From Escherichia coli (lineage in GTDB: Bacteria; Pseudomonadota; Gammaproteobacteria; Enterobacterales; Enterobacteriaceae): a stretch of 64,000 bases of DNA. The stretch lies in assembly GCF_016026235.1 (NCBI RefSeq), contig NZ_CP065613.1; one strand, 5' to 3'. Both the position numbers and the translations under genes were made by a program. The notes under the pieces were generated by a model. That model was not told the origin of the DNA. It searched no databases and worked only from the letters and a program-made list of their open reading frames with translations. The number at the start of each line of letters is the position of its first letter. Position 1 is the stretch's first letter. Below, in pieces: positions 1 to 9,899 of the stretch.

Positions 1-1
1 A

Positions 2-355
2 CACACCAAAGATAAGCTTTCCGGCTCCATCGATGCCAACCGCGACTTTGACGGCAGCGCCACCTCCCAGCAGCAGAACAGTCTGCGCGGGGAGATCACC
101 GTGTCCGTCCACGCGGTGCAGCCCAACGGCATCCTGGAAATTCGCGGCGAAAAATGGCTGACCCTCAACCAGGGCGATGAGTACATCCGTTTAAGCGGCC
201 TTGTGCGCGCCGACGACATCCAGAACGACAACTCGGTTTCCTCCCAGCGGATCGCCGATGCCCGCATCTCCTATGCCGGACGCGGCGCGTTAAGCGACGC
301 CAACGCCGCAGGCTGGCTGACGCGACTGTTTAACCATCCTCTGTTCCCGATTTAA
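2..355 (+). CDS. lfgH: Flagellar L-ring protein (FlgH family), 3' part; 5' end lies upstream of the window
   Basis: Open frame from window edge to TAA at 353-355; translation (…[28 protein letters not shown]…[14 protein letters not shown]) matches FlgH C-terminal region; position directly upstream of a FlgI homolog. Confidence 0.8.
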   Translation, partial: HTKDKLSGSIDANRDFDGSATSQQQNSLRGEITVSVHAVQPNGILEIRGEKWLTLNQGDEYIRLSGLVRADDIQNDNSVSSQRIADARISYAGRGALSDANAAGWLTRLFNHPLFPI

Positions 356-369
356 TGCCGGAGAGTGCA

Positions 370-1470
370 ATGCAAAACTGGATAAAGGCCGCCGTTATCG
401 CCGTAAGCCTGGCGCTGCCCGGCGTGGCGCTGGCACAATCGCTGGAGTCGCTGGTCAACGTACAGGGCGTGCGTGAAAACCAACTGGTCGGCTACAGCCT
501 GGTGGTCGGCCTCGACGGCACCGGTGATAAAAACCAGGTCAAATTCACCAACCAGACCATCACCAATATGCTGCGCCAGTTCGGCGTGCAATTGCCGAAT
601 AAAATCGACCCGAAGGTGAAAAACGTCGCCGCAGTGGCGGTGAGCGCCACGTTGCCGCCGATGTACTCGCGCGGGCAGACCATTGATGTCACCGTCTCGT
701 CGATTGGCGATGCGAAAAGTATTCGCGGCGGCACCTTGTTGCTGACCCAGCTTCACGGCGCGGATGGCGAAGTGTATGCCCTGGCGCAGGGCTGCGTGGT
801 GGTCGGCGGGATGAACGCCACCGGGGCCAGCGGTTCCAGCGTGACGGTTAACACACCGACCGCTGGGTTAATTCCCAACGGCGCGACGGTGGAGCGCGAG
901 ATCCCCAGCGATTTTCAGATGGGCGATACCATCACGCTTAACCTGAAACGCCCGTCATTTAAAGACGCCAACAATATTGCGGCGGCGATTAACGCCTCGT
1001 TTGGCGGCATTGCCACGGCGCAGAGTTCCACCAACGTTACCGTGCGCGCGCCCACCAGCCCCGGCGCGCGGGTGGCGTTTATGTCGCAACTGGATGATGT
1101 GCAGGTGCAGGCGGAGAAAATCCGCGCCCGCGTGGTGTTTAACTCGCGTACCGGTACGGTGGTGATGGGCGATGGCGTTGCGCTACATGCGGCGGCGGTG
1201 TCTCACGGCAGTCTGACCGTCTCGATTAACGAAACCAGCAACGTCAGCCAGCCGAATGCCTTTGCGGGCGGGCGCACGGCGGTAACGCCGCAGAGCAATA
1301 TCGCGGTGAATCATGCGCGCCCGGGCGTGGTGAGTTTGCCGGAGTCGAGCAGCCTGAAAACGCTGGTCAATGCGTTGAACAGTTTGGGCGCGACGCCGGA
1401 CGACATTATGTCGATTTTACAGGCGTTGCATGAAGCGGGCGCACTGGATGCTGACCTGGAGGTGATCTGA
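370..1470 (+). CDS. lfgI: Flagellar P-ring protein (FlgI family), Flag-2 type
   Basis: 371-aa ORF with N-terminal signal peptide ([22 protein letters not shown]) and FlgI-like core; GGAGAG SD before ATG at 370; alternative ATG at 355 overlaps lfgH stop. Confidence 0.85.
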   Translation: MQNWIKAAVIAVSLALPGVALAQSLESLVNVQGVRENQLVGYSLVVGLDGTGDKNQVKFTNQTITNMLRQFGVQLPNKIDPKVKNVAAVAVSATLPPMYSRGQTIDVTVSSIGDAKSIRGGTLLLTQLHGADGEVYALAQGCVVVGGMNATGASGSSVTVNTPTAGLIPNGATVEREIPSDFQMGDTITLNLKRPSFKDANNIAAAINASFGGIATAQSSTNVTVRAPTSPGARVAFMSQLDDVQVQAEKIRARVVFNSRTGTVVMGDGVALHAAAVSHGSLTVSINETSNVSQPNAFAGGRTAVTPQSNIAVNHARPGVVSLPESSSLKTLVNALNSLGATPDDIMSILQALHEAGALDADLEVI

Positions 1471-1769
1471 TGAAAGTTAACGCCAGCGGCGGGATTGACG
1501 GCAGCGATGCGTTAATGGGGCCGAAGGTTCAGGCCAATGATATCAAGCAGGCCGCGGAGCAGTTTGAGGCGATTTTTTTACGCAACATGCTGAAAGAGAT
1601 GCGTAAAACCAACGAGCTGTTTGATTCGAAAGATAACCCGTTTAACAGCGATTCGGTGCGCATGATGCAGGGGTTTTATGACGATGAGCTGTGTAACACC
1701 CTGGCGCAGCAGCACGGGATCGGGATTGCGGCGATGATTGTGAAGCAGTTGTCGCCGAAGCATAAATGA
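1470..1769 (+). CDS. lfgJ: Short FlgJ-like rod-binding protein (N-terminal domain only, no muramidase domain)
   Basis: 99-aa ORF, ATGA overlap with lfgI stop; motif AAEQFEAIFLRNMLKEMRK resembles FlgJ N-terminal rod-binding domain. Confidence 0.75.
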   Translation: MKVNASGGIDGSDALMGPKVQANDIKQAAEQFEAIFLRNMLKEMRKTNELFDSKDNPFNSDSVRMMQGFYDDELCNTLAQQHGIGIAAMIVKQLSPKHK

Positions 1770-1785
1770 GGTTCCGGCGTTCGGC

Positions 1786-2062
1786 GCACGGTGCCTGATG
1801 CGACGCTGACGCGTCTTATCAGGCCTACGAGTCGCCCGTATGTAGGCCGGATAAGGCGTTCACGCCGCATCCGGCATTTGGTGCACGGTGCCTGATGCGA
1901 CGCTGACGCGTCTTATCAGGCCTACGAATCGCCCGTATGTAGGCCGGATAAGGCGTTCACGCCGCATCCGGCATTTGGTGCACGGTGCCTGATGCGACGC
2001 TGACGCGTCTTATCAGGCCTACGAGTCGCCCGTATGTAGGCCGGATAAGGCGTTCACGCCGC
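1786..2062. repeat. Tandem array of three ~97-bp REP/BIME-type palindromic units
   Basis: Unit beginning GTGCCTGATGCGACGCTGACGCGTCTTATCAGGCCTACGA…GTAGGCCGGATAAGGCGTTCACGCCGCATCCGGCA recurs with 97-bp period at 1791, 1888, 1985; copies differ by a single base. Confidence 0.9.
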
Positions 2063-2097
2063 TTTTAACCGGCACGATTTACCGGTAAGGATCCAAC

Positions 2098-3474
2098 ATG
2101 GACATGATTAACATCGGCTACAGCGGCGCATCAACCGCGCAGGTGGAGCTGAACGTCACGGCGCAAAACACCGCCAACGCCATGACCACGGGCTACACCC
2201 GCCAGGTGGCGGAGATCAGCACCATCGGCGCCAGCGGCGGTTCGCCGAACAGCGCCGGTAACGGCGTGCAGGTCGACAGCATTCGCCGCGTCTCTAACCA
2301 GTATCAGGTGAATCAGGTGTGGTATGCCGCCAGCGATTACGGCTATTACAGCACCCAGCAGGAGTATCTCACGCAACTGGAAGCGGTATTGAGCGACGAT
2401 AACAGCAGCCTGAGCGGCGGGTTCGATAACTTCTTCGCCGCCCTTAACGAAGCGACCACCAGCCCTGATGATTCCGCCCTGCGCGAGCAGGTGATCAGCG
2501 AAGCCGGGGCGCTGTCGTTGCGTATCGATAACACACTCGATTACGTCGACTCGCAAAGCACGGAAATCATCAGCCAGCAGCAGGCGATGGTGTCGCAAAT
2601 CAATACGCTCACCAGCGGCATCGCCAGCTATAACAAGCAAATCGCCCAGGCCGAAGCCAACGGTGATAACGCCTCTGCGCTGTACGACGCCCGCGATCAG
2701 ATGGTGGAAGAACTCAGCGGGATGATGGATGTGCAGGTTAATATCTACGACCAGGGCAACTACAACGTCACGCTGAAAAATGGTCAGCCGCTGGTGAGCG
2801 GGCAGCAAAGTTCGACCATCGCGCTGGAAACCAACGCCGATGGCACGCCGACCATGTCGCTGACCTTCGCTGGCACTACCTCGACGATGACCACCGACAC
2901 CGGCGGTTCATTAGGCGCACTGTTTGATTATCAAAACGACGTCCTGACGCCGCTGACCGACACCATCAACAGCATGGCGTCGCAGTTTGCCGATGCGGTC
3001 AACAACCAGCTGGCGCAGGGCTACGATCTCAATGGTAACTCCGGCGAGCCGCTGTTTATCTATGACGCCAGCAACGCCGATGGCCCGCTGACCGTTAACC
3101 CGGTTATCACCGCCGATGAGCTGGCGTTTTCCAGTTCACCGGACGAAAGCGGCAACAGCGACAACCTCCAGGCGCTGATCAACATCTCCACCGAACCGCT
3201 GGAGATCGACAATCTTGGCAGCGTGACGGTCGGGCAGGCGTGCTCGTCAATCATCAGCAATATCGGCATCTACAGTCAGCAAAACCAGACGGAAGTCGAT
3301 GCTGCGTCCAATGTCTATTCCGAAGCGCAAAACCAGCAGAGCAGCGTCAGCGGCGTTAGCATGGACGAAGAAGCGGTGAACCTGATCACCTATCAACAAA
3401 TTTATGAAGCCAATCTGAAAGTCATTTCCGCCGGGGCCGAGATTTTCGATTCGGTGCTGGAAATGTGCAGCTAA
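2098..3474 (+). CDS. lfgK: Flagellar hook-associated protein 1 (FlgK family)
   Basis: 458-aa ORF; FlgK-like N-terminus (MDMINIGYSGASTAQVELNVTAQN…) and C-terminus (…ITYQQIYEANLKVISAGAEIFDSVLEM); AAGGA SD upstream. Confidence 0.85.
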   Translation: MDMINIGYSGASTAQVELNVTAQNTANAMTTGYTRQVAEISTIGASGGSPNSAGNGVQVDSIRRVSNQYQVNQVWYAASDYGYYSTQQEYLTQLEAVLSDDNSSLSGGFDNFFAALNEATTSPDDSALREQVISEAGALSLRIDNTLDYVDSQSTEIISQQQAMVSQINTLTSGIASYNKQIAQAEANGDNASALYDARDQMVEELSGMMDVQVNIYDQGNYNVTLKNGQPLVSGQQSSTIALETNADGTPTMSLTFAGTTSTMTTDTGGSLGALFDYQNDVLTPLTDTINSMASQFADAVNNQLAQGYDLNGNSGEPLFIYDASNADGPLTVNPVITADELAFSSSPDESGNSDNLQALINISTEPLEIDNLGSVTVGQACSSIISNIGIYSQQNQTEVDAASNVYSEAQNQQSSVSGVSMDEEAVNLITYQQIYEANLKVISAGAEIFDSVLEMCS

Positions 3475-3488
3475 GCGGGAGCGCGAAA

Positions 3489-4418
3489 ATGCGAGTAACC
3501 ACCCAACAAACCTACGTCTCGATGACGCAAAGTTTTAATAATCTCTCCGGCGATCTGGCGCACGTGGTCGAGCAGATGGCAACCGGTAAGCAGATTTTGC
3601 AGCCGTCGGATGACCCGATCGCCGCCACGCGCATCACCCAGTTAAACCGCCAGCAGTCGGCGATTGAACAGTATCAGAGCAATATCGACTCCGCGTCGGC
3701 GGGGTTAAGCCAGCAGGAATCGATTCTCGATGGCGTCAACAACAGCCTGCTGGCGGTGCGCGACGACCTACTGGAAGCGGCGAACGGCACCAATACCGCC
3801 GATTCGCTCGCAAGCCTCGGCCAGGATATTGAGACGCTCACCGAATCGATGGTCGCGGCGCTGAACTATCAGGATGAAGACGGGCACTACGTGTTTGGCG
3901 GCACCATCAACGATCAGCCGCCGATTGTGGCAGTGGACGATGATGGCGATGGTGTCACCGACAGCTATAGCTACCAGGGCAACAGCGACCACCGCCAGAC
4001 CACCGTATCGAACGGCGTGGAAGTGGATACCAACGTGGCGGCGAGCGATTTCTTCGGCAGCAATTTAGACGTGCTCAACACGCTCAATTCGCTCTCGCAG
4101 GAGTTGCAAAACCCCAACGTTGACCCGGCAGATCCGCAGGTGCAGAGTGATATTCAGAACGCCGTTGATGTGGTGGACACCGCCTCGGACGACCTCAACG
4201 CCTCGATTGCGTCACTCGGCGAGACGCAGAACACCATGTCGATGTTGAGCGATGCGCAGACCGATATCTCTACCTCTAATGATGAGTTGATTGGTTCATT
4301 ACAGGATCTCGATTACGGCCCGGCGTCGATCACCTTTACCGGACTGGAAGTGGCAATGGAAGCTACCCTCAAGACTTACTCGAAGGTGAGTGAGTTGAAT
4401 TTGTTCAGCGTTCTCTAA
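3489..4418 (+). CDS. lfgL: Flagellar hook-associated protein 3 (FlgL family)
   Basis: ORF 3465-4418; GGGAG SD precedes internal ATG at 3489 (MRVTTQQTYVSMTQ…); flagellin-like N/C termini typical of FlgL. Confidence 0.8.
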   Translation: MRVTTQQTYVSMTQSFNNLSGDLAHVVEQMATGKQILQPSDDPIAATRITQLNRQQSAIEQYQSNIDSASAGLSQQESILDGVNNSLLAVRDDLLEAANGTNTADSLASLGQDIETLTESMVAALNYQDEDGHYVFGGTINDQPPIVAVDDDGDGVTDSYSYQGNSDHRQTTVSNGVEVDTNVAASDFFGSNLDVLNTLNSLSQELQNPNVDPADPQVQSDIQNAVDVVDTASDDLNASIASLGETQNTMSMLSDAQTDISTSNDELIGSLQDLDYGPASITFTGLEVAMEATLKTYSKVSELNLFSVL

Positions 4419-4434
4419 CTCTTTCAGGAACAGT

Positions 4435-5412
4435 ATGCAGGTCGGACTTACTTCTTCGTCACTCGCCACCGGCGGCGCGCACAGCGCTGCGGTATCGTCG
4501 TCAACCGTTGCGCCCACTCAGGCGGTGCGGCAAAAGCTCCCGGTGACGGCGAGTGAATATCCGGCCTCGCCGCTGATTACCACTCGCCCGCAGCGTTACA
4601 GCGTGCAGCTTAACGACCAGCTCACCACGTTGCAGCAGGCGGATCACTACCTCGGGCAACTGGAGCAGCAGTTGCTCGATTATCGTCATAGCCAGCGTAA
4701 GGGCGGGCAGGCGCAGAGTTCGGCGCTGATGCAGATGCTGGACAAACGCACCGCGCTTTCCGGCGGCGCGGTGGACCGCCAGTTACAGCCGGTGTTGCAG
4801 GGTGAAGCGCGGGTGACCTTTCACTCACCAGATCTGGCAAATCTGGTACACAATTCCACGCCGGGAACGCGTATGTTCAGCGTCTCTGACGGGCGACAGA
4901 CGCAGCTTTCGGCGGTAATGCTATCTGATGATGACAACGCCGGGCAGTATCAGACGCGGCTGACCAACGCCCTGCGCCGCGTGGGCGTGCAGCTACATCA
5001 GCAAGCGGATGGCATCAGTTTCTCCACCACTGAAAAACAGTGGCCCCATATCGAGCGCACCTTAAGCGTGCGTACCGATGGCGATAAATCAGCATTTATG
5101 CCGCTGAAAACCTTTGCTGAGCCGTCACAGGCGGACCGCTTAGCGCAAAGCCTGCAACAGGGCGGGGCGGGGATTTCTCAAATGCTGGAAAACATTAATC
5201 AGCAGCGCGCGCAGATGGCGGTGCAGCAGGAAAAAGCCCGCCAATTGATCGACGGCATGTCCCGCTTCCCGCAAACGGAAAATGCGGTGCAGGCATCGGA
5301 AAACCTCGGCGGCGTACTCGACAGCGCCAATCATAACTATCAGGTGTTATTGCAGGCGGTGAACGGCCAGGCGCGAATTTCCAGCCAGACGGTGAGGAAT
5401 TTATTGGGGTAG
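4435..5412 (+). CDS. lafW: Flag-2 locus protein LafW-like (Gln/Ala-rich, uncertain function)
   Basis: 325-aa ORF directly downstream of lfgL with AGGAACAG SD; assignment by position in laf gene order, not by recognisable motif. Confidence 0.55.
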   Translation: MQVGLTSSSLATGGAHSAAVSSSTVAPTQAVRQKLPVTASEYPASPLITTRPQRYSVQLNDQLTTLQQADHYLGQLEQQLLDYRHSQRKGGQAQSSALMQMLDKRTALSGGAVDRQLQPVLQGEARVTFHSPDLANLVHNSTPGTRMFSVSDGRQTQLSAVMLSDDDNAGQYQTRLTNALRRVGVQLHQQADGISFSTTEKQWPHIERTLSVRTDGDKSAFMPLKTFAEPSQADRLAQSLQQGGAGISQMLENINQQRAQMAVQQEKARQLIDGMSRFPQTENAVQASENLGGVLDSANHNYQVLLQAVNGQARISSQTVRNLLG

Positions 5413-5662
5413 GGTTATTGAAAATCAAACAAATGAGGCTGTCGCAAAAAATCATTTCAGTGCAGAATATGCTATAAATCTGCGGGTTAAAAAGGAATGA
5501 AATGGCCACTCTCAAGCAACTGATGGATAAGCAAAGCCCCGAAAGTCGTAGGCGAATAATTAAAAAAACAGAACGAATCCGGCAAACTATAATTAACAAA
5601 AAATTAGAGTTACCAATAACTACAACTATCAGTAATTCCGATTGATTTCATTCGGAATTTTC

Positions 5663-5702
5663 GTAGGCCGGATAAGACGCGTTTAGCGTCGCATCCGGCA
5701 TT
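5663..5702. repeat. REP palindromic unit
   Basis: GTAGGCCGGATAAGACGCGTTTAGCGTCGCATCCGGCA between convergent genes. Confidence 0.8.
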
Positions 5703-5714
5703 TATTAGCGCTCA

Positions 5715-6557
5715 TCAGCATTTCTGCACAGTATTTAACAACTTCTCTAAATTCTGGTACATCGCGCTATTAATATCACTATTCTGCCAGCCTTCCACAT
5801 TAAACGTTAATTGCCAGCTACCATTGCACTGGTTGCGCAGAACAATATCACTTTCCAGTCGGTTGCGAACATATTTATAATAGGTTGTCATTGTCATATT
5901 ATGCGCTGACAATAAATTATCGAGTTTGTCTTTCCCTGGTGCGAGGGTTTGTGAAAGTAACGGTGCGGAATTATTTTCTTTTCCAGAACTAAGATGAAAT
6001 ATTTTTATTCTTGGACTATTAACGGATTCTTTTACCAGCTGCGGGGCGTCAGGTGTATTTTTTAAGTGTGAATAACCCACGGTCGAGCCAATAAATATAA
6101 CAGCCGCGGTCAAGGCTAACCCCATCAGTCCTTTATGTTTTTTTCTAACAGGCACAGGCGGTGTTGTCGAAGATATCTCTTCTGGCGCTGTTTCTTTTAT
6201 CTGGTCGGTAATAATCAGCGCTTCCGCAGGCGATGACTCCGGCAAAGACACATACTCTTTATTGCATAAGTAACCTTTCTTCGGAATTGTTTTAATAATG
6301 TTCTGTTGTTTGCCATCATCGTCGATAGCAACGCGCAACGCATGAATCGCCGTCGGCAGGCTGTTACCGCCGACAATGCGGTTCTTCCATACTTCGGCAC
6401 ATAAATAAGATCGCGATAAAACTACATCGGCATTTTTTGCTAATGTTTCCAGCAAAATAAAATGGTATTCGCCGAGACGACGTGTTTCACCCGTTTCGCA
6501 ATGTATTAAGGCATTAAGCGACGGGTCCATCCGCCAGTTGTTGATAATAATACTCAT
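5715..6557 (-). CDS. lafZ: ToxR/CadC-like transmembrane transcriptional regulator (N-terminal winged-helix OmpR-type DNA-binding domain, one TM segment, periplasmic C-domain)
   Basis: Translation has OmpR/PhoB-type wHTH region (…LETLAKNADVVLSRSYLCAEVWKNRIVGGNSLPTAIHALRVAI…IKTIPKKGYLC) followed by hydrophobic segment GLMGLALTAAVIFIGSTVGY; ORF extends to 6614 but ATG at 6557 (MSIIINN) is the more likely start. Confidence 0.7.
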   Translation of the reverse strand: MSIIINNWRMDPSLNALIHCETGETRRLGEYHFILLETLAKNADVVLSRSYLCAEVWKNRIVGGNSLPTAIHALRVAIDDDGKQQNIIKTIPKKGYLCNKEYVSLPESSPAEALIITDQIKETAPEEISSTTPPVPVRKKHKGLMGLALTAAVIFIGSTVGYSHLKNTPDAPQLVKESVNSPRIKIFHLSSGKENNSAPLLSQTLAPGKDKLDNLLSAHNMTMTTYYKYVRNRLESDIVLRNQCNGSWQLTFNVEGWQNSDINSAMYQNLEKLLNTVQKC

Positions 6558-6970
6558 AGTTGAGTTTACCTTAGCAAGGGATAAATGTTCCTGATAGTGC
6601 TTTGCATAAAGCACAGTCTTATACGTCCCTGAGAAGATGATTTTTCTGCGTGATAATTAATATTTTATGGTAATAGGATTATTCTTAATCACTATATGGC
6701 GTGGAAATGTAACGAAATGACAGGACAGGTACAATAGCCAAATGTGTACTATTTGCAACGCAATGTAAATTTTGGCATCAGTACATTGAGAAGAAAACGC
6801 ATTAATTGATGGTAATCTTAACTATATCAAGCGTTTGATAAAGACATATTTTGATACCTGGCCATGTGGCAGATATTGCTAATAATCTTTTTATCTGAAT
6901 TTAAACTCTGCTTTTTTTTAGCTAAAAGTGGCATCAGATAATACGTAGCGAAAATTTTTTCATAGCGATT

Positions 6971-6997
6971 TTAAGTTTGCTCCTGAGGTGTCGTTTT
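6971..6997 (+). promoter_or_regulatory. Candidate sigma-28 (FliA/LafS-type) promoter upstream of lafA
   Basis: TTAAGTTT (7/8 to TAAAGTTT) -N11- GTCGTTTT (weak match to GCCGATAA), ~45 bp upstream of lafA ATG. Confidence 0.3.
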
Positions 6998-7042
6998 TAC
7001 AGGGTATCGAAACGAAAACGATTAATCCCAAGGAGCAGTATC

Positions 7043-7957
7043 ATGTTATCTATTAACACCAATAACGCCTCAATGGCCGCCGTTAATGCAATCAGCAAAA
7101 GCAGCTCTTCTCTGTCTACATCTATGGAACGCCTGGCGACAGGTAACCGGATTAACTCTTCTGCCGATGACGCCGCAGGCAAACAAATTGCTAACCGTCT
7201 GACTGCACAGTCCAGCGGTATGGGCGTGGCGCTGAGCAACATCAATGATGCCACCGCGATGCTGCAAACCGCTGACAGCATGTTCGACGAAATGTCTGAC
7301 GTGCTGGGCCGTATGAAAGACCTGTCAACTCAGGCAGCGAACGGCACCTACAGCGACGACGATCTGCAGGCGATGCAGGACGAATACGACGAACTGGGTC
7401 AGCAGATGTCTGACATGCTGCAAAATACCACTTACGGCGGTACCAACCTGTTCGGTGTTTCCGGTACCAGCAACACCGGTACTGACGGTCTGTTCCAGAG
7501 CGCGGTAACTTTCCAGGTGGGCGCGGAATCTTCCGACACCATGACCGTGAATATTTCAAGCCAGCTGAATACCCTGGTGACGGATCTTTCTGCTATCAGC
7601 AACTCCTTCAGTGCGGATCAGGCAGACACCACGGGTACTGCAGGCGTGTCTGGCGGTACTGAGCTGACTGCGTCTGGCTCGGCTAACCAGATGATCACCA
7701 GCATTTCTACCGCGATGGATGACGTGTCGCAGATCCAGTCCAAACTGGGTGCGTCTATTAACCGTCTGAACGACACTGCCAACAACCTGACCAGCATGCA
7801 GGACAACACCGAAGTCGCTATCGGTAACATCATGGATACCGACTACGCGACGGAAGCGTCCAACATGACCAAACAGCAGGTGCTGATGCAAACCGGCATC
7901 ACCATGCTGAAACAGTCCAACAGCATGTCCAGCATGGTTTCCAGCCTGCTGCAGTAA
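7043..7957 (+). CDS. lafA: Lateral flagellin
   Basis: 305-aa product with flagellin N-terminus (MLSINTNNASMAAVNAISKSSSSLSTSMERLATGNRINSSADDAAG) and C-terminus (…TKQQVLMQTGITMLKQSNSMSSMVSSLLQ); AAGGAG SD at 7030-7035. Confidence 0.9.
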   Translation: MLSINTNNASMAAVNAISKSSSSLSTSMERLATGNRINSSADDAAGKQIANRLTAQSSGMGVALSNINDATAMLQTADSMFDEMSDVLGRMKDLSTQAANGTYSDDDLQAMQDEYDELGQQMSDMLQNTTYGGTNLFGVSGTSNTGTDGLFQSAVTFQVGAESSDTMTVNISSQLNTLVTDLSAISNSFSADQADTTGTAGVSGGTELTASGSANQMITSISTAMDDVSQIQSKLGASINRLNDTANNLTSMQDNTEVAIGNIMDTDYATEASNMTKQQVLMQTGITMLKQSNSMSSMVSSLLQ

Positions 7958-7960
7958 TGG

Positions 7961-7999
7961 CGGACTTGCCGGATGCGGCGTAAACGCCTTATTCGGCCT
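7961..7999. repeat. REP palindromic unit downstream of lafA
   Basis: GCCGGATGCGGCGTAAACGCCTTATTCGGCCTAC. Confidence 0.75.
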
Positions 8000-8003
8000 A
8001 CGA

Positions 8004-8037
8004 ACAACACCGCCTGCGGGCGGTGTTGTGCTTTCTG
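8004..8037 (+). terminator. Rho-independent terminator after lafA
   Basis: Stem ACAACACCGCC / GGCGGTGTTGT with 4-nt loop, followed by GCTTTCT. Confidence 0.75.
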
Positions 8038-8109
8038 CGGCAGGCTTTTTTCCGCCAGACCGGAAACGCCATTTCCGCCAGTTTTTCAATCTATTGATTA
8101 TTCACATAA

Positions 8110-8137
8110 AAAATATTGGCACGCCTTTTGCCAATAA
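8110..8137 (+). promoter_or_regulatory. Candidate sigma-28-type promoter upstream of lafB
   Basis: GCCAATAA at 8130-8137 (7/8 to -10 consensus GCCGATAA), 27 bp upstream of lafB ATG; -35 match weak. Confidence 0.3.
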
Positions 8138-8163
8138 CCTGACATCGTTACCCGGAGTCATCA

Positions 8164-9480
8164 ATGATCAACCCAAGAACCATTGCGCAAGAAATCGCGT
8201 ATGCGGATGTTGCCACTCAGGCGGCAAACTTGCAGGAAAAGCAAACGGAGCTGGATGCCGAAAGCAGCGGCCTGGACTCGCTCAGCTCAGCGTTGAGCGA
8301 TTTCCAGAGCGCCGTCGACGCGCTGAACAGCGATACCGACGGCCCGGTGACTTTTGCCGCCACCAGCAATAATGACTCGGCGACTGTTTCCGCTAACTCG
8401 CAGGCGCAGGCGGGAAGCTACTCATTTTTCGTTGAGCAACTGGCGCAGGGGCAGCAAACCACGTTCAGTATGGGCGACGACGCCTTTTCCGCCACCGGCA
8501 CTTTTGAACTGACGATGGGCGACAGCACCATGGATATCGATCTGTCTGCGGCAGATCAGAACGGTGACGGCGACGGTTATATCGACGCCAGCGAGCTGGT
8601 GAGCGCGATTAACGACTCCGACGATAATCCGGGCGTTTCAGCGGCACTGGTAAAAACCGACGGCACCACCACGATAATGTTCACCTCGGATAGCACCGGG
8701 GCGCAGAGCGCGTTTTCGGTGAGCGTAACGGGGCATGACGCCAGCAACGATAGCACCAGCGCGCCCGTTGCCACGGATGTTTCCTCAGCCCAGGACGCGA
8801 TTATTCATCTCGGCAGCGCCACGGGGCCAGCCATCACCAACAGCAGCAACACTTTTGATGATGTGATCCCCGGCGTCACCATGACCTTTAGCGAAGTCAG
8901 CGACTCTGACAGCGATCTCACCACCTTTAACATTAGCGAAGATTCCAGCGCCACCGAAGACAAAGTGCAGACCTTTGTCGATGCCTATAACACGCTGATT
9001 GATACCGTCGATTCACTGACCACCAGCGGCAGCGACAGTACCAGCGCCGGGGTTTTTGCCGGAGATGCGGGACTCAGCTCACTGGCAAACCAGCTCGATG
9101 ACATCGCCCACGCCAGCTACAACGGCGAGTCGATTGTCGATTACGGCATTACGCTCGACTCCAATGGCCATTTGCAGATCGACTCTGATCAGTTCAACGA
9201 CGCGATGAAAAGTGACCCTGACGGTCTGACCTCTATTTTCGTTGGCGACAACAGCATGGTGGCGCAGATGGACGACCTGATTAACACCTACACGGACTCC
9301 AGCAACGGCATCATCACCCTGCGCCAGCAGAACATTGACGATCAGATGAGCAAAATTCAGGACGAAGGCGATCAGCTTACCGATACCTATAACGCCAACT
9401 ACGACCGTTATCTCGAGGAGTACACCAACACGCTGGTCGAGGTGTACACCATGAAAGCCAGCATGGCGGCATTCGCGTAA
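8164..9480 (+). CDS. lafB: Flagellar filament cap protein (FliD family)
   Basis: 438-aa ORF following flagellin; Ser/Thr/Asp-rich central region, FliD-like termini. Confidence 0.75.
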   Translation: MINPRTIAQEIAYADVATQAANLQEKQTELDAESSGLDSLSSALSDFQSAVDALNSDTDGPVTFAATSNNDSATVSANSQAQAGSYSFFVEQLAQGQQTTFSMGDDAFSATGTFELTMGDSTMDIDLSAADQNGDGDGYIDASELVSAINDSDDNPGVSAALVKTDGTTTIMFTSDSTGAQSAFSVSVTGHDASNDSTSAPVATDVSSAQDAIIHLGSATGPAITNSSNTFDDVIPGVTMTFSEVSDSDSDLTTFNISEDSSATEDKVQTFVDAYNTLIDTVDSLTTSGSDSTSAGVFAGDAGLSSLANQLDDIAHASYNGESIVDYGITLDSNGHLQIDSDQFNDAMKSDPDGLTSIFVGDNSMVAQMDDLINTYTDSSNGIITLRQQNIDDQMSKIQDEGDQLTDTYNANYDRYLEEYTNTLVEVYTMKASMAAFA

Positions 9481-9502
9481 CTCAGAAGGAATATCCCTAA
9501 AG

Positions 9503-9895
9503 ATGTACCAAGTACAGGACGGCTATTCACAATATAAAGAGATCGATCTCGCGGCGCGTACTGCGGCGGCATCGCCTCTGGAACTGGTGCTGGTGCTGTT
9601 TTCTGGCCTGATGGACGAGCTGGAACGCGCCAAAAGCCATATTGAAGGGCGGCGTTTCGAGAAGAAAGCCCAGAGCATCAATAAATGCATCGACATTCTC
9701 AATGCGCTCACCAGTTCGCTGGAGTTTGAAACTGGCGGCGAGCTGGTGGTCAACCTTTCGCGACTCTATGACCACTGCGTTTACCGATTGTATGAGGCCA
9801 GCGGCGAACTGTCGGCAGAGAAAATCGATGAAGTGATGCTGATCTTAAGCAACCTGCGCGAAGGCTGGGAAGGGCTTTCGGGCAAGCTGGGTTAA
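9503..9895 (+). CDS. lafC: Flagellin export chaperone (FliS family)
   Basis: 130-aa ORF; FliS-like helical protein in expected position. Confidence 0.75.
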   Translation: MYQVQDGYSQYKEIDLAARTAAASPLELVLVLFSGLMDELERAKSHIEGRRFEKKAQSINKCIDILNALTSSLEFETGGELVVNLSRLYDHCVYRLYEASGELSAEKIDEVMLILSNLREGWEGLSGKLG

Positions 9896-9899
9896 GACG

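Noticed and set aside
1786-2062. Possible CRISPR array (regularly spaced repeats)
   Set aside because: Units are directly adjacent with no unique spacers, and the repeat is a classical REP/BIME palindrome pair; no cas genes nearby.
8028-8372. 114-aa ORF overlapping the lafA terminator and lafB start
   Set aside because: Out of frame with lafB and crosses a terminator hairpin; Arg/Cys-rich nonsense-like translation.
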